Below, in pieces: positions 50,801 through 64,000 of a stretch of DNA of 64,000 nucleotides. Position 1 is the first letter of the stretch, and each line of letters opens with the position of its first letter. Where the stretch lies: NCBI GenBank assembly GCA_965203295.1, contig CBDBCZ010000017.1:512001-576000 (forward strand), written 5' to 3'. The translations under genes were made by a program, and so were the position numbers. The notes beneath the pieces are model-generated. The model was not told the DNA's origin, did not search any database, and saw nothing but the letters and a program-made list of their open reading frames with translations. Origin of the DNA: Nitrospirales bacterium (lineage in GTDB: Bacteria > Nitrospirota > Nitrospiria > Nitrospirales > UBA8639).

Positions 50801-53800
50801 GAGGAGTCCATATAATATTACTGCAACAATTTGTAATGAAACTCGAAACCATTTGCTTGAAATATAGTACAGAGATAGGTGAGTGGGTGTGCAGGTTAGC
50901 GGTGTGAACTAAAGACTAGTACAAAGTACTGGAATACTGTATAGCGCCAAATTTTCGAGGCGCACGGTTTTCGCGAATTGGCCTCAGACCGCGAAAATTA
51001 AGCTCGCAAAATGCTTCGTCGTATACCTCGAAAATTTGCCGCCATACGGTACTGAATAGTTCCACAGAAAACATTCTTTAGCCTTACTGCCAAAAAAATG
51101 CTACCATGTATGTTGTGTCTCCTGTTTGGAGAGTTAACTACAATGGGTTTGATAATATTATACATAATACTCTTGGCTTACCTCAGGGAGTGATAATGTG
51201 GTATCATTACCCCTCAAGTCTCTCAGATAGCTTTTTAAATCGCCGTTTTCCATGAATGGAAGTACCAAGTATGGAGACCTTTTCTCGCTGTCCAAGCATA
51301 TTCCAACGAGCCCCAATACGTGTGGATGATCGAAGGTACTCATCAAAGCACTTTCCATTAGGAACCCCTTCATATCAGAATAGGAAGAGTAATCTGTGTG
51401 CGCGTTATGCATGAATTTGGAGGGGAAAAATTCTTTTAGACTGAGTATATATTAAGCATGTGAAATTATGCAAGCTGCTAGCCAGTACAGAGGTTTGCAA
51501 GTTGGTTGTCCACAGAAGAGGGCAAATAGGCAGTGGCTCTCAAGTACTTTGGCTGTCAGAATCAGAGGCTAACAGTTTTCACATTACTACTGTCAACTTT
51601 TATTTTCCTGTATATTCACTGGATAACCAACCTGCAAACCTCTGTGTAATTATACAACTTGCAGAAGTCATTTGATGATGGTTTCCTGCCCATTCAATAT
51701 AGAGCCATGCAGGTAGCTATCAGAGTCTGCTCATACCCAATTTAATTACCTACAGGAAAATATTCTTCCCCCTCAGCAATGTATTTGCAAGATTCCTTGT
51801 TGTTATGTTAGTTTTTTGTTTTAAACTGAGTGAAGGCTTAAGAGCTAGAGCTTATAGCTTAGCGTATCTTATAACCTGGAAATGAGGCTAGTAGACTACT
51901 TCTCTGTAAGGTAAGGGAGCATATCAGATGGGTACCTAATTCTGGACAATTGTACTCTTCTGAACCGCATTTTCAAAACAGTGCTCGTGCACTTATAATA
52001 CTACCATCTGAAATGAAGTGCCCTTACCTTACATTCACACAGTCAACTCACTTTTAATGGTTTTGACTGCAACAGGTAGTATTTCTTCTTTACGATCACA
52101 GTTTGAGATCCTTGTTAGCACTCCTTTGTACACGTGGCCAAAAGCACCTATATATAAAGTTTACAATGGACTGTTAAGCCAATTTGGATGTGGACATGCA
52201 AAGTTTAATTTGTGTTCAAATAATATTGTGGATAGTCGCATGGGTTCAAGTGTGGGTTAAAATCCTCGGCTTCGCCTCGGACTTTAAATTCCCCTCACCC
52301 AAGCCGACCTTTAACTATTACATATAACTTTATTACTACTAAAAGAGTATGATGTTGTGGCTAAGGCTATTATCTTTATCTATATCTATTGTTAGTAAGC
52401 TTATAAATCATACCTTCTCCAAGATCACCAGTTATTTCCAACTGTTCGAATGGCAACAAGACACTTTTTAGATGTACCCCTATGGTCTTCATGTCTTCAG
52501 CATTCAATGTAAAGGTTGTAATACCCTCGTAGTCATGGTCATCTGCCATCTGGGAAAGGTCTGTACAGAAAAGCGAGTACTCTAATTTTTTGAGTGAAGA
52601 GTGGATGAGAACCTGACACAATTTTATGTGCGCATTTCATACCTTGCTTGTGTATGCTTTGTACTTTTTCAAAAACTTACTCTACATGCTATTATTTACC
52701 TTCAAGATGAAAGTCTATCAGATAGTCATTTGATAGATGTAGTGCTGGTGTCCTGTAAATAAGCAATAGTATTAAACATTAAACATAAGGTAAACCTATA
52801 AGTTAGCCTATAATTATATATGTTATAGTTAAACCACCCCCTAGACACGCATTTACCAATCATACATGAGACAGTTCCAGGTAGACCCTGAGGCCAAAGC
52901 CCGAGGGGTTTACCCAGAATTGGCGAATGTATTACTGTTAATGAAATGTATCCAGGGGGTGATTTAGCTGGTTTGTAGCATGACAGCCATACAGGTCATG
53001 GGCCTAGGAATGAGCTAATGGCTAATGAGGGATACCCTTCTTACCCTGAAGCCCTCTGGCGCCAAATTCTCTTTTGTCTTGCTCTTGCCTTTCGTCGTCT
53101 GTACAGGCATACAATCCCAACTACTATTACTACAGTTGATAGCACTGCTACTGCCACCGATATCACTGATGCTCTGAGTGCTGTTGTTGAACTGGTCATA
53201 CTCATTGGTAGTGGAGCTACGATCACACCTGCATGATGAATAGCTCACATTATTGCACACTCATAGTACCACTGTGTAGTATTTTCTATATAGTAAACCG
53301 TCCAATATCCACTGATACTCAACGGCTTGATGAACAGGCCTTTTAGAATTATAGGTGGTGGGTACGATAGACAGTAAATTTCTTAATTGAATGAATAGCC
53401 ATCCAATATCACTGGACATTGAACTTGTCTTGCTTGTATTTGGCTCGTCTTGCGGACTCACTCAAATACAGCACAGACTTGTCCAATATCCAGTGATATT
53501 GGACAGCTTGATAAACAGGCCTTTTAGGAACATAGGTGGTGGGTACGATAATAAATTTCTCATTGAATGGGTAGCCATCCATGTATATATATATCACTCG
53601 ACTTTGGACTCGTCTTGCTTGTATTTGGCTCATCCTACGAACTCACCCAAATACAGCACAGACTCATCCAATCTCCAGTAATATCGGACGACTGCCCATC
53701 CAATAAGATATATATATGCAAATGTGATGTCTGTGTCAGTACTTTAGTGACATATAGTATTTTGACACATAGTGAGCTCCTGTCAGAGACATATCCTCTA

Positions 53801-56443
53801 CCGACGTGCAGGTTATTGCACAATAAGTGATTAAACAATTGTATACAGTATCTGCATGACATTGCATTCATCATAAACAAAATTTAAAATTACTTACTTG
53901 AAATGTTCCAACAATCCGAAGGAGTATACACAAATTCCTCACGAAAACCCTCTATTTCTAGAAATCTTAAGGTGAAGTTGCACGTGATTTCAAAAGTGAA
54001 TATTCCAGTGTTGGCAGAGAGGGAGACCAGTAGATCAAGAAACCTTCTACAGAAGCTGTTTGGGCCTGCAAAGTGGTTGCATTCATCCTGGCAAATACCC
54101 TGAGGCTGCTCAGTCACGGAATTGCATCCCGGATATACATAGTTGCAGACGTAAGCACGAATAGTATCTATGCAATATGCGGACGCATCGGTCTGCAGAC
54201 CTGCAGCATCAAGTAGAGTCAGCCCCTCGGCTATTTCAATGTATTCTGCATCATCTGTGTACCTATACATACTGCATTTCGTGTCTGGTATGTAATCCAA
54301 ACAAGTAGGGAATAAGAGGTTGCGATTGTCTTCTTCATTAAGTGAAATACACCTACAGGATGAAAGGTTTACTTTAGGTTACTTGTTACAATCCCTATAC
54401 TAAGAACTAATGAATTCTATACAAATTTCTCCAATGTTTTCTATAACCACCTGAATTTACCATTGCTTCTAATCTACGCATATAAAAACATCTACTGTGC
54501 TGGCGGTATCATTGTCCTTCAATATACACAGGTTGGAAGTCTATGGGTGGTCTCCAGTAATGGATGGTGTCTTTGAGCTACAAGGTTTCCTTAGTTCTTT
54601 GTACTGTCGTACATGTATGTTGCTGCAATTACGTACATTGGTGTGGAATAATTTGTTATAATATAGTCTAGACTATCGAGCTAGACCGTCCTCCACGCAA
54701 GCTTGAGTCTAGCTCAATAGACTAGCTATAGTCTATCATGAGTCAATGGATGTGCTACACAGGCAAATTACTTTATGTTACTGATGATGCAAGGGAACAA
54801 AAAACTGTTTAATAACTGAGCTGTATACATGATATTCCTATGTCCACCCTTACATATGTTACCACGGTGTCAAGTGTCATCCACACACCACATGCTGGTA
54901 AATTTATAATGCTCAAATTTCTGCTTGAATGGCAGTGGGTATGAGCTATAATCCAGCCTTGGGGTGATATCATTATCCACCACAGTAATGTCATTAGTGG
55001 GAGGATGGAGAAGAGGCAATACAGATGATAATCTTTGTATACCATGTTGCAGTTATTCCATGTATTTTACAGCAAGCTAGCTGCCTCCCCTCCAGATACA
55101 TGGTTGGTTGTTCTGAAAAGAAAGGATTATAGTATAGGTGTGGCAGTAACGATTATGCCTTGTTTTAATCTAACTCACAAAAATACTTGCCCCCCCCCCC
55201 CCCTGCAACCTTGCAAATACTGTGTTTTCATGCAGAAGCTGCGGGAATTTGAAAGACTTGATCCTATTATAATAATTTGTTTGTTTGTCTGTTTGTTTGT
55301 TTTTCACTACTGCACTGTGCATTACTTGAGTGAGTTCTAAGCTTTTCAAGTAATATGGAGTGTTTTGAATATGTATCCAATTTCACACAAACCGTAGTTA
55401 GCTGTGTTGGCCTGCAAGTGTGCCTGACAGAGGTGCATGTCATTCTGGAATGGTGCATGGTTGTCGGAATCAGCTTAGTCTCACACACAAGCTACCAGGC
55501 AAACATTTCTAATGTAAGTAATACAATTCACACCAGAGATATCCAGTGATAACATCATTAAAGAGTGTCGTCTGCCATCTAGAGTTATAGCTATAGGAGC
55601 TAGGACTGCATGACTGTTTTTGAAGATCCAGTTTATTTAATAGCTATACTGTAGGCTGGGGTTCGTGAACAAAATTAATATGAACTGTTGGTTATCAACT
55701 AAAATCAATACGGTAGGGGTGGGGTTGATGTCAGCAGATTCTGTGACCATCGTAGTCATTATTCTATATTAACTTTTCAAGTTTGGAATTTTGGGACAAA
55801 CACTGTTAGTGACTGAATCATATACATGCCCCTGTTCACCCGCTGGTTGTAATAATACATGACACTGTATGTGACCACGACTGTTCCCCATACCTCGAGT
55901 CATTTAGACTGGGGTTCGTGAACAAATATGAACTTTTTGTTAACGACTAAAATCAGTAAGGTAGGGGTGGGGTTGATGTCAGCGGTTAGTCAATATTTAA
56001 TTGACTGAATCATGCCCCTGTTTACCCGCTGGTGTTATAATACATGGCACTGTATACGCCTATATGACTGTTCCCCATACCTTGAGTCATTTAGAGTGAC
56101 TATACCAGGTCCACTGCCAATTTCATCCTCACATGAAGTTAATACTGCTTCAATTTTAACTAAAAAGAAAAAGAGGAAATAAATACACTGGCAGATCTAG
56201 AACAGTAGAGAAAGTATTACATTTTGAATAACTGCACAGCATCACCGAAATAAAATATTTGAGACATTTACTATGCTCAAAGGCTGCCACAACGACCGAC
56301 CATGGTATTACACTTCGGTAGAATAGCGCTACAAGAAACTTAGCAGGAATATTAATAATTAATAATTGATGTGTTTCCTTACCAAGAGTACAGACGAGTT
56401 CGAACAGCAAACACTGCAGAATTCTGCTTCTAAAAACAGCCAT
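47876..56443 (-). CDS. Receptor tyrosine kinase with extracellular Frizzled-type CRD and MET/AXL-like kinase domain (multi-exon; 5' exons uncertain)
   Basis: Candidate signal-peptide exon 56443-56383; CRD exon ~54352-53898 ([21 protein letters not shown]); TM 53230-53046; [60 protein letters not shown]; Tyr-rich tail. A phase mismatch between the first two recognised exons is unresolved. Confidence 0.85.
49360..49572. repeat. 71-bp triplication spanning a kinase exon end and its splice donor
   Basis: AGCCT.CACGACAGGATTAGCAATGAGAAAACAGATGTG|GTACGTATTCCCAC (minus strand) three times. Confidence 0.92.
51489..51644. mobile_element. Short MITE, CAGAGGTTTGCA TIR
   Basis: CAGAGGTTTGCAAGTTGGTT...AACCAACCTGCAAACCTCTG. 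Confidence 0.75.
53290..53705. repeat. ~180-bp degenerate tandem repeat in RTK intron
   Basis: GTCCAATATCCA.TGATA..ATAGGTGGTGGGTACGATA..GTCTTGCTTGTATTTGGCTC recurs 2-2.5 times. Confidence 0.8.
55650..56095. repeat. Imperfect tandem duplication
   Basis: CTGGGGTTCGTGAACAAA..GGTAGGGGTGGGGTTGATGTCAGC..GAGTCATTTAGA twice. Confidence 0.85.
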
Positions 56444-56950
56444 TTTTTTTACTTACGCAGCTAGAACTAGCGTAGCACTGTACATAATATAGTCTCATTG
56501 AACCTGCAATATGCGTGGTAGTCGCCGCTTAGTATGAGTATTTAATTATTGACGTGGGGTAATAGACATGTACGTATACGAAGTCTTAATTTATTACGTA
56601 ATCACACGTGCGCATACGCAACAACAACAAAAAAAACGAAACAAATAGCAAAGATAAAACAAAAGAAAGAGGACAGAAATTCAAGAGTACATGTTACAAC
56701 AGAGGGTTTCAGGCAGACTCCAAATCGCAGTCTTGTGAGCAGAATGCTACAATAGGACTTGGAGATTCAGGCAAAGCATTACTTCACTGGAAAATAATTA
56801 TGGTTTACGCTTGCTCTTTCTGTTCTGGAATTTGTCATAGCCGAAGCACTTTGTGGCAAGACCGGCCAATTGCTGATTGGACAAATCTTGGAATGAGATG
56901 ACTTTTGTCTCCTCAAACTGACTGGCTGGTATCCAAGAGTCTTCAGCTCT

Positions 56951-57280
<330 letters not shown>

Positions 57281-58333
57281 GATATTATATTATGTCATAC
57301 AAAAGTGCAGAAATTACACTATGTATCCATACATGTACAATTGACTGACCTACACACATCTTCATTACTTTCAGGGTGTTATGACATTATAGGTTTAACA
57401 TACGTTGTATTTAAAATATATCACTCCTTAGCCACTGCGGAGTGAAGCATGGGAACGAGGCTATAATATTTCCAGTGTTCCAATTTAAGCAATGGCTAAT
57501 ATAATCAGGGGAGGAGATCAAATTTTTAAATGGAAACCCATAATCAAAAAGTATTTTGCTGAACTCACAGGGGAGGTACCCATCTCACCAGCACCTCGTC
57601 TTCCGAACAAGAAGGTTGCTTCCGTTTGCCGAGAATCTGAAGTGGCAGTAGAAGAATATGGCAGTACATGTGTGTGTGTGTGTGTGTGTGTTTGTGCGTG
57701 TGTGTGCGTGTGTGTAAGATACATGATGAACAATGTACATGTACGGCTAATATAATATACATGTAGTACAGGATGGATATACATGTACATGCACATTGTA
57801 CATGCACGTGCATTACACTATAGGTGTTGCCAAGAATGACAGTATGAGTATTACAGCCGAAACCCTATCATGACTTCCCCATCTGAAACACAATACACGA
57901 ACAGTCACCCATTCCAACACCTACACGTAATACAATCAGTTTAAATTTGCCGAGAGCATGTCAGATACGCAGCCGTCGAACAAACAACATCTCAAGTTTC
58001 ATGAACCATGGTTGGACATTCCACGACCCCCCAGCTACCATTTCACCACTGACTCCTCCAACAGCAATAAAGTGCATTGATAGACTCGATCTAATTTTCA
58101 TTTTCTGCAGTCCCATCTGTTGTACTGACGGGTGCCTATAGCAACATGCTTGTCGATTCACACCACAGCAGACAGCTCACCTCTGACCCCAGCGTGTTCT
58201 CACCATCACATCACTAACTACATCATTATGACATCACTGTTAAGTCCTAAATACCATCATATTGCTGAATCTGTGTGATACATGTACAACCACTGTCATT
58301 GTACCTCAAGCTCATATCATCATCTCACTTATA

Positions 58334-58518
58334 CTGTAGATCAGAAAATTTTCGGCGTTAAATTTTTTTTGCCGGTTGCGTTGTCGGCAAAAATTAAACA
58401 CGCACAAAATATTTCTATGCGCTTAACGCGCATTTAATTTTTCGCTAGGTGGCGAAAATTAAACACACGAATATTTCTTCCGCAAAAAAAAATTATACGA
58501 AAATTTCCCGACCTACAG
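58334..58518. mobile_element. Tc1/mariner-type MITE
   Basis: TA-CTGTAGATCAGAAAATTT...AAATTTCCCGACCTACAG-TA; similar small elements at 19930-20055, 50937-51050, 58650-58850. Confidence 0.7.
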
Positions 58519-58860
58519 TATAGTCTTCATAATCTCTGAAAATAAGGAGGTACATGTACAGATGGTGAAATTAGGCCCTAAGGATTAGTGAGCCTTCTGT
58601 CAGCTCATACTCACATGTACATGTATGGGTGCACACATGCGCCATGCTATCGTATAGTGGAAATCTTTCGCGGGTGAAAACTTCCACGCATTTGTGGGTG
58701 AGGCAGTTTGCAGCCATTGATATTTACATGTACAATGCCCATTGATGGGGACACGCCCCCGTACTCAATGAAATTTTTCAAACTTTAGCGAATTGCCCCA
58801 AAACCATAAAATTCGCGAAAGTTTTCACCCGCGAAAGATTCCCGCTATGCTACATATCAC

Positions 58861-58988
58861 CTTTGCTTTGAGAGTAATGCAAGAGCACGTGGCAGACACT
58901 GGGTGGTTGTACTGGGCCAGAAGACCAGCCGTCTGCCTCACCACGGACATCGTCTTGCGGTCCAGTACCTCCGCATGGATGTGTGCTC
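58861..58988 (-). CDS. Possible isolated exon of an unidentified upstream gene
   Basis: CCCCAG acceptor, open GC-rich frame (AHIHAEVLDRKTMSVVRQTAGLLAQYNHPVSATCSCITLKAK), GT donor; no family recognised. Confidence 0.3.
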
Positions 58989-59019
58989 CTGGGGAGTGTG
59001 TGTGTGTGTGTATGTGAGG

Positions 59020-59051
<32 letters not shown>

Positions 59052-59062
59052 GTGTGTGTGTG

Positions 59063-59141
<79 letters not shown>

Positions 59142-59171
59142 GTGTGTGTGTTTTACAATCCTCTCATGTAA

Positions 59172-62100
59172 ACTCATGTGGGTGGGACAAACTGTCTCAT
59201 GTACATGTAGGTGGGACAAACTGTCTCATGTGGGTGGGACAAACTGTCTCATGTGGGTGGAGCAAACTGTCTCATGTGGGTGGAGCAAACTGTCTCATGT
59301 GGGTGGAGCAAACTGTCTCATGTGGGTGGAGCAAACTGTCTCATGTAGGTGGGACAAACTGTCTCATGTGGGTGGGACAAACTGTCTCATGTGGGTGGGA
59401 CAAACTGTCTCATGTGGGTGGGACAAACTGTCTCATGTGGGTGGAGCAAACTGTCTCATGTGGGTGGAGCAAACTGTCTCATGTGGGTGGGACAAACTGT
59501 CTCATGGGGGTGGAGCAAACTGTCTCATGTGGGTGGAGCAAACTGTCTCATGTGGGTGGGACAAACTGTCTCATGTGGGTGGGACAAACTGTCTCATGTG
59601 GGTGGGACAAACTGTCTCATGTGGGTGGGACAAACTGTCTCATGTGGGTGGGACAAACTGTCTCATGTGGGTGGGACAAACTGTCTCATGTGGGTGGGAC
59701 AAACTGTCTCATGTGGGTGGAGCAAACTGTCTCATGTGGGTGGGACAAACTGTCTCATGTGGGTGGGACAAACTGTCTCATGTGGGTGGGACAAACTGTC
59801 TCATGTGGGTGGGACAAACTGTCTCATGTGGGTGGAGCAAACTGTCTCATGTGGGTGGGACAAACTGTCTCATGTGGGTGGGACAAACTGTCTCATGTGG
59901 GTGGAGCAAACTGTCTCATGTGGGTGGAGCAAACTGTCTCATGTGGGTGGAGCAAACTGTCTCATGTGGGTGGGACAAACTGTCTCATGTGGGTGGGACA
60001 AACTGTCTCATGTGGGTGGGACAAACTGTCTCATGTGGGTGGGACAAACTGTCTCATGTGGGTGGGACAAACTGTCTCATGTGGGTGGGACAAACTGTCT
60101 CATGTGGGTGGAGCAAACTGTCTCATGTGGGTGGGACAAACTGTCTCATGTGGGTGGGACAAACTGTCTCATGTGGGTGGGACAAACTGTCTCATGTGGG
60201 TGGGACAAACTGTCTCATGTGGGTGGAGCAAACTGTCTCATGTGGGTGGGACAAACTGTCTCATGTGGGTGGGACAAACTGTCTCATGTGGGTGGGACAA
60301 ACTGTCTCATGTAGGTGGGACAAACTGTCTCATGTGGGTGGAGCAAACTGTCTCATGTGGGTGGGACAAACTGTCTCATGTGGGTGGAGCAAACTGTCTC
60401 ATGTGGGTGGGACAAACTGTCTCATGTGGGTGGGACAAACTGTCTCATGTGGGTGGAGCAAACTGTCTCATGTGGGTGGAGCAAACTGTCTCATGTGGGT
60501 GGGACAAACTGTCTCATGTGGGTGGGACAAACTGTCTCATGTGGGTGGGACAAACTGTCTCATGTGGGTGGAGCAAACTGTCTCATGTGGGTGGGACAAA
60601 CTGTCTCATGTGGGTGGGACAAACTGTCTCATGTGGGTGGGACAAACTGTCTCATGTGGGTGGGACAAACTGTCTCATGTGGGTGGAGCAAACTGTCTCA
60701 TGTGGGTGGAGCAAACTGTCTCATGTGGGTGGGACAAACTGTCTCATGTAGGTGGAACAAACTGTCTCATGTGGGTGGGACAAACTGTCTCGTGGGTGGG
60801 ACAAACTGTCTCATGTGGGTGGAGCAAACTGTCTCATGTGGGTGGGACAAACTGTCTCATGTGGGTGGGACAAACTGTCTCATGTGGGTGGGACAAACTG
60901 TCTCATGTGGGTGGGACAAACTGTCTCATGTGGGTGGAGCAAACTGTCTCATGTGGGTGGGACAAACTGTCTCATGTGGGTGGGACAAACTGTCTCATGT
61001 GGGTGGGACAAACTGTCTCATGTGGGTGGGACAAACTGTCTCATGTGGGTGGAGCAAACTGTCTCATGTGGGTGGAGCAAACTGTCTCATGTGGGTGGGA
61101 CAAACTGTCTCATGTAGGTGGAACAAACTGTCTCATGTGGGTGGGACAAACTGTCTCGTGGGTGGGACAAACTGTCTCATGTGGGTGGAGCAAACTGTCT
61201 CATGGGGGTGGGACAAACTGTCTCATGTGGGTGGGACAAACTGTCTCATGGGGGTGGGACAAACTGTCTCATGTGGGTGGGACAAACTGTCTCATGTGGG
61301 TGGAGCAAACTGTCTCATGTGGGTGGAGCAAACTGTCTCATGTGGGTGGAGCAAACTGTCTCATGTGGGTGGAGCAAACTGTCTCATGTGGGTGGGACAA
61401 ACTGTCTCATGTGGGTGGGACAAACTGTCTCATGTGGGTGGAGCAAACTGTCTCATGTGGGTGGGACAAACTGTCTCATGTGGGTGGGACAAACTGTCTC
61501 ATGTGGGTGGAGCAAACTGTCTCATGTGGGTGGAGCAAACTGTCTCATGTGGGTGGGACAAACTGTCTCATGTGGGTGGGACAAACTGTCTCATGTGGGT
61601 GGGACAAACTGTCTCATGTGGGTGGAGCAAACTGTCTCATGTGGGTGGGACAAACTGTCTCATGTGGGTGGGACAAACTGTCTCATGTGGGTGGGACAAA
61701 CTGTCTCATGTGGGTGGGACAAACTGTCTCATGTGGGTGGAGCAAACTGTCTCATGTGGGTGGAGCAAACTGTCTCATGTGGGTGGGACAAACTGTCTCA
61801 TGTAGGTGGAACAAACTGTCTCATGTGGGTGGGACAAACTGTCTCGTGGGTGGGACAAACTGTCTCATGTGGGTGGAGCAAACTGTCTCATGGGGGTGGG
61901 ACAAACTGTCTCATGTGGGTGGGACAAACTGTCTCATGGGGGTGGGACAAACTGTCTCATGTGGGTGGGACAAACTGTCTCATGTGGGTGGAGCAAACTG
62001 TCTCATGTGGGTGGAGCAAACTGTCTCATGTGGGTGGAGCAAACTGTCTCATGTGGGTGGAGCAAACTGTCTCATGTGGGTGGGACAAACTGTCTCATGT

Positions 62101-62558
62101 GGGTGGGACAAACTGTCTCATGTGGGTGGAGCAAACTGTCTCATGTGGGTGGAGCAAACTGTCTCATGTGGGTGGAGCAAACTGTCTCATGTGGGTGGGA
62201 CAAACTGTCTCATGTGGGTGGAGCAAACTGTCTCATGTGGGTGGGACAAACTGTCTCATGTGGGTGGAGCAAACTGTCTCATGTGGGTGGGACAAACTGT
62301 CTCATGTGGGTGGAGCAAACTGTCTCATGCGGGTGGAGCAAACTGTCTCATGCGGGTGGAGCAAACTGTCTCATGTGGGTGGAGCAAACTGTCTCGTGGG
62401 TGGGACAAACTGTCTCATGTGGGTGGGACAAACTGTCTCATGTGGGTGGGACAAACTGTCTCATGTGGGTGGAGCAAACTGTCTCATGTGGGTGGAGCAA
62501 ACTGTCTCATGTGGGTGGGACAAACTGTCTCATGTGGGTGGGACAAACTGTCTCATGT
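59172..62558. repeat. 23-bp minisatellite (CATGTGGGTGG[GA/AG]CAAACTGTCT)n, about 145 units
   Basis: Direct inspection; 23-aa periodic ORFs in all + frames. Confidence 0.99.
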
Positions 62559-62854
62559 GTGTAGGAGTTGTGTGGTTCATCAATATTAGCTTCGTTCCCA
62601 GGTCCCCCACTGTATGCAGGCCTGCATGGTATCTACATTCATGCGATCAAACCACTTATAATTATGCGTGGATTCACCTTTGAAGACTATTTCAACAAGT
62701 GAGCTTCAGTGAAGGTGACTAATCCACTACTGAAGCATCATTAATGCTATATATGCTACAGTACACAACCATACATCTTGGGTAGGGAACGAACATTATC
62801 ATCCTTTACACTACCGATCCAGAGTTCTAATAAGGCCTGCATAAGGAAACCCAC

Positions 62855-63135
62855 TGTACCCTCTGGGCTTCTAATGTACCCTCTGGGCTTCTAATGTACC
62901 CTCTGGGCTTTTAATGTACATGTAGCATCTGACCTGCTCGGACATAGTGTAGCATGAATATATACATGACATTGTACCCTAGGCTCCACAAATCCTGTAG
63001 AGAACCCTGATACCTCACACAAATAATGATACCCTCAAACATTTGATACCCTCACACAATTGATACCCTCAAACAATTGATACCCTCAAACAATTGATAC
63101 CCTCAAACAATTGATACCCTCAAACAATTGTTACC
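62855..63135. repeat. Short tandem repeats (21-bp x3 at 62856; 17-bp TTGATACCCTCAAACAA x6 at 63025)
   Basis: Direct inspection. Confidence 0.9.
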
Positions 63136-64000
63136 ATCTGTTAAGTATTTCGATCGCATCACTGTGTTCATCGCATCACTGTCTCGCCCTCTTTCGTAAA
63201 GAGGGCAAGACTGAAATGCGATATATATGCAGTTGCATCAATAATTGCTGCAGTGACACATGACAGGTACATCACAGTGCTGCTACCGAAACACGAGATG
63301 GATAATTACTCCATTGAGGCCATATAATCCAATTAAGCTACTCAAACCTGCATTAGCGTCACTTAGCATTGTAAGGGGTTAGGAGAAACGATCGTTTGTG
63401 GGTGTGGCAGCTTGCGCCCGTTGATATTTACACGTCCATTGATGGTGATATGCCTCACACTCAATGAGAATTTTTGTGGTTAAAACTTTCGCAAATTGCC
63501 CCAAAACCGCATAAGTATCCTGTATTTTCTCCATTTAGTGCCTCCTTTTACCCCATTACATCATTATGTTAAAGGTCTATTGCTACAATATGACAACACA
63601 TGGCATGAAAAACACAGTGATGCCACCGAAATACATGTACGTGATGAAAAATTACTCCATTTCTGCCACTATACATGTAACTCTTTACCATTATGATGTG
63701 ATGGGGGGTAAAAGGCGGCACTTAATGGAGAAAATACATGAAAACGTACATGAAAACGTGCATGTTTTGTGCAGTCATGTAAATTTTAAACATAAAACCA
63801 CAAAACATGCATGATCCCATATATTATACTTTCTCCACTCCACTTTTATCCCCCATTACATCACAATGGTAAAGAGTCCATTAATCAAACCCTATGAACG
63901 TCACTTAATTACCATTGTATTTTCTCCATTTAGTGCCTACTTGTATCCCCCATTACATCATGCATAATGGTAAATAAGGGTCCATTAAGCTATACTCAAA

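Overview
Eukaryotic (animal; compact GT-AG introns and gene content suggest a sponge-like early-branching metazoan, inference only), repeat-rich window. Host genes: three tandem paralogs of a WSCD-type Golgi sulfotransferase (+ strand, 4.5-8.6, 35.5-39.2, 43.7-46.4 kb) and a Frizzled-CRD receptor tyrosine kinase (- strand, 47.9-56.4 kb). Between paralogs 1 and 2 lies a ~23 kb nest of mobile DNA. Its core is a divergent pair of open, intron-containing genes. One is a ~923-aa KDZ (Kyakuja/Dileera/Zisupton)-type transposase that joins a C2orf42-like N-terminus to an HMGXB3-like C-terminus and appears to retain its acidic catalytic motifs. The other is a ~704-aa P-loop ATPase resembling DUF927/SF3-type replicative helicases. 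They are flanked by minisatellite arrays, an internal (CCCTAA)n tract and a weak subterminal inverted motif, which together suggest an ~11 kb helicase-carrying DNA transposon. That element was later invaded by an intact ISL2EU/Harbinger element, a satellite-laden EnSpm-type element and a foldback element. Also present: Penelope, Ginger, Ulp1-PHD and CRE-type relics, many MITEs (including 32-41 bp AcademH-like ones), microsatellites and a 3.4 kb 23-bp minisatellite. Exon structures were derived by eye from GT-AG boundaries and frame continuity; family assignments rest on recalled motifs, not on searches.
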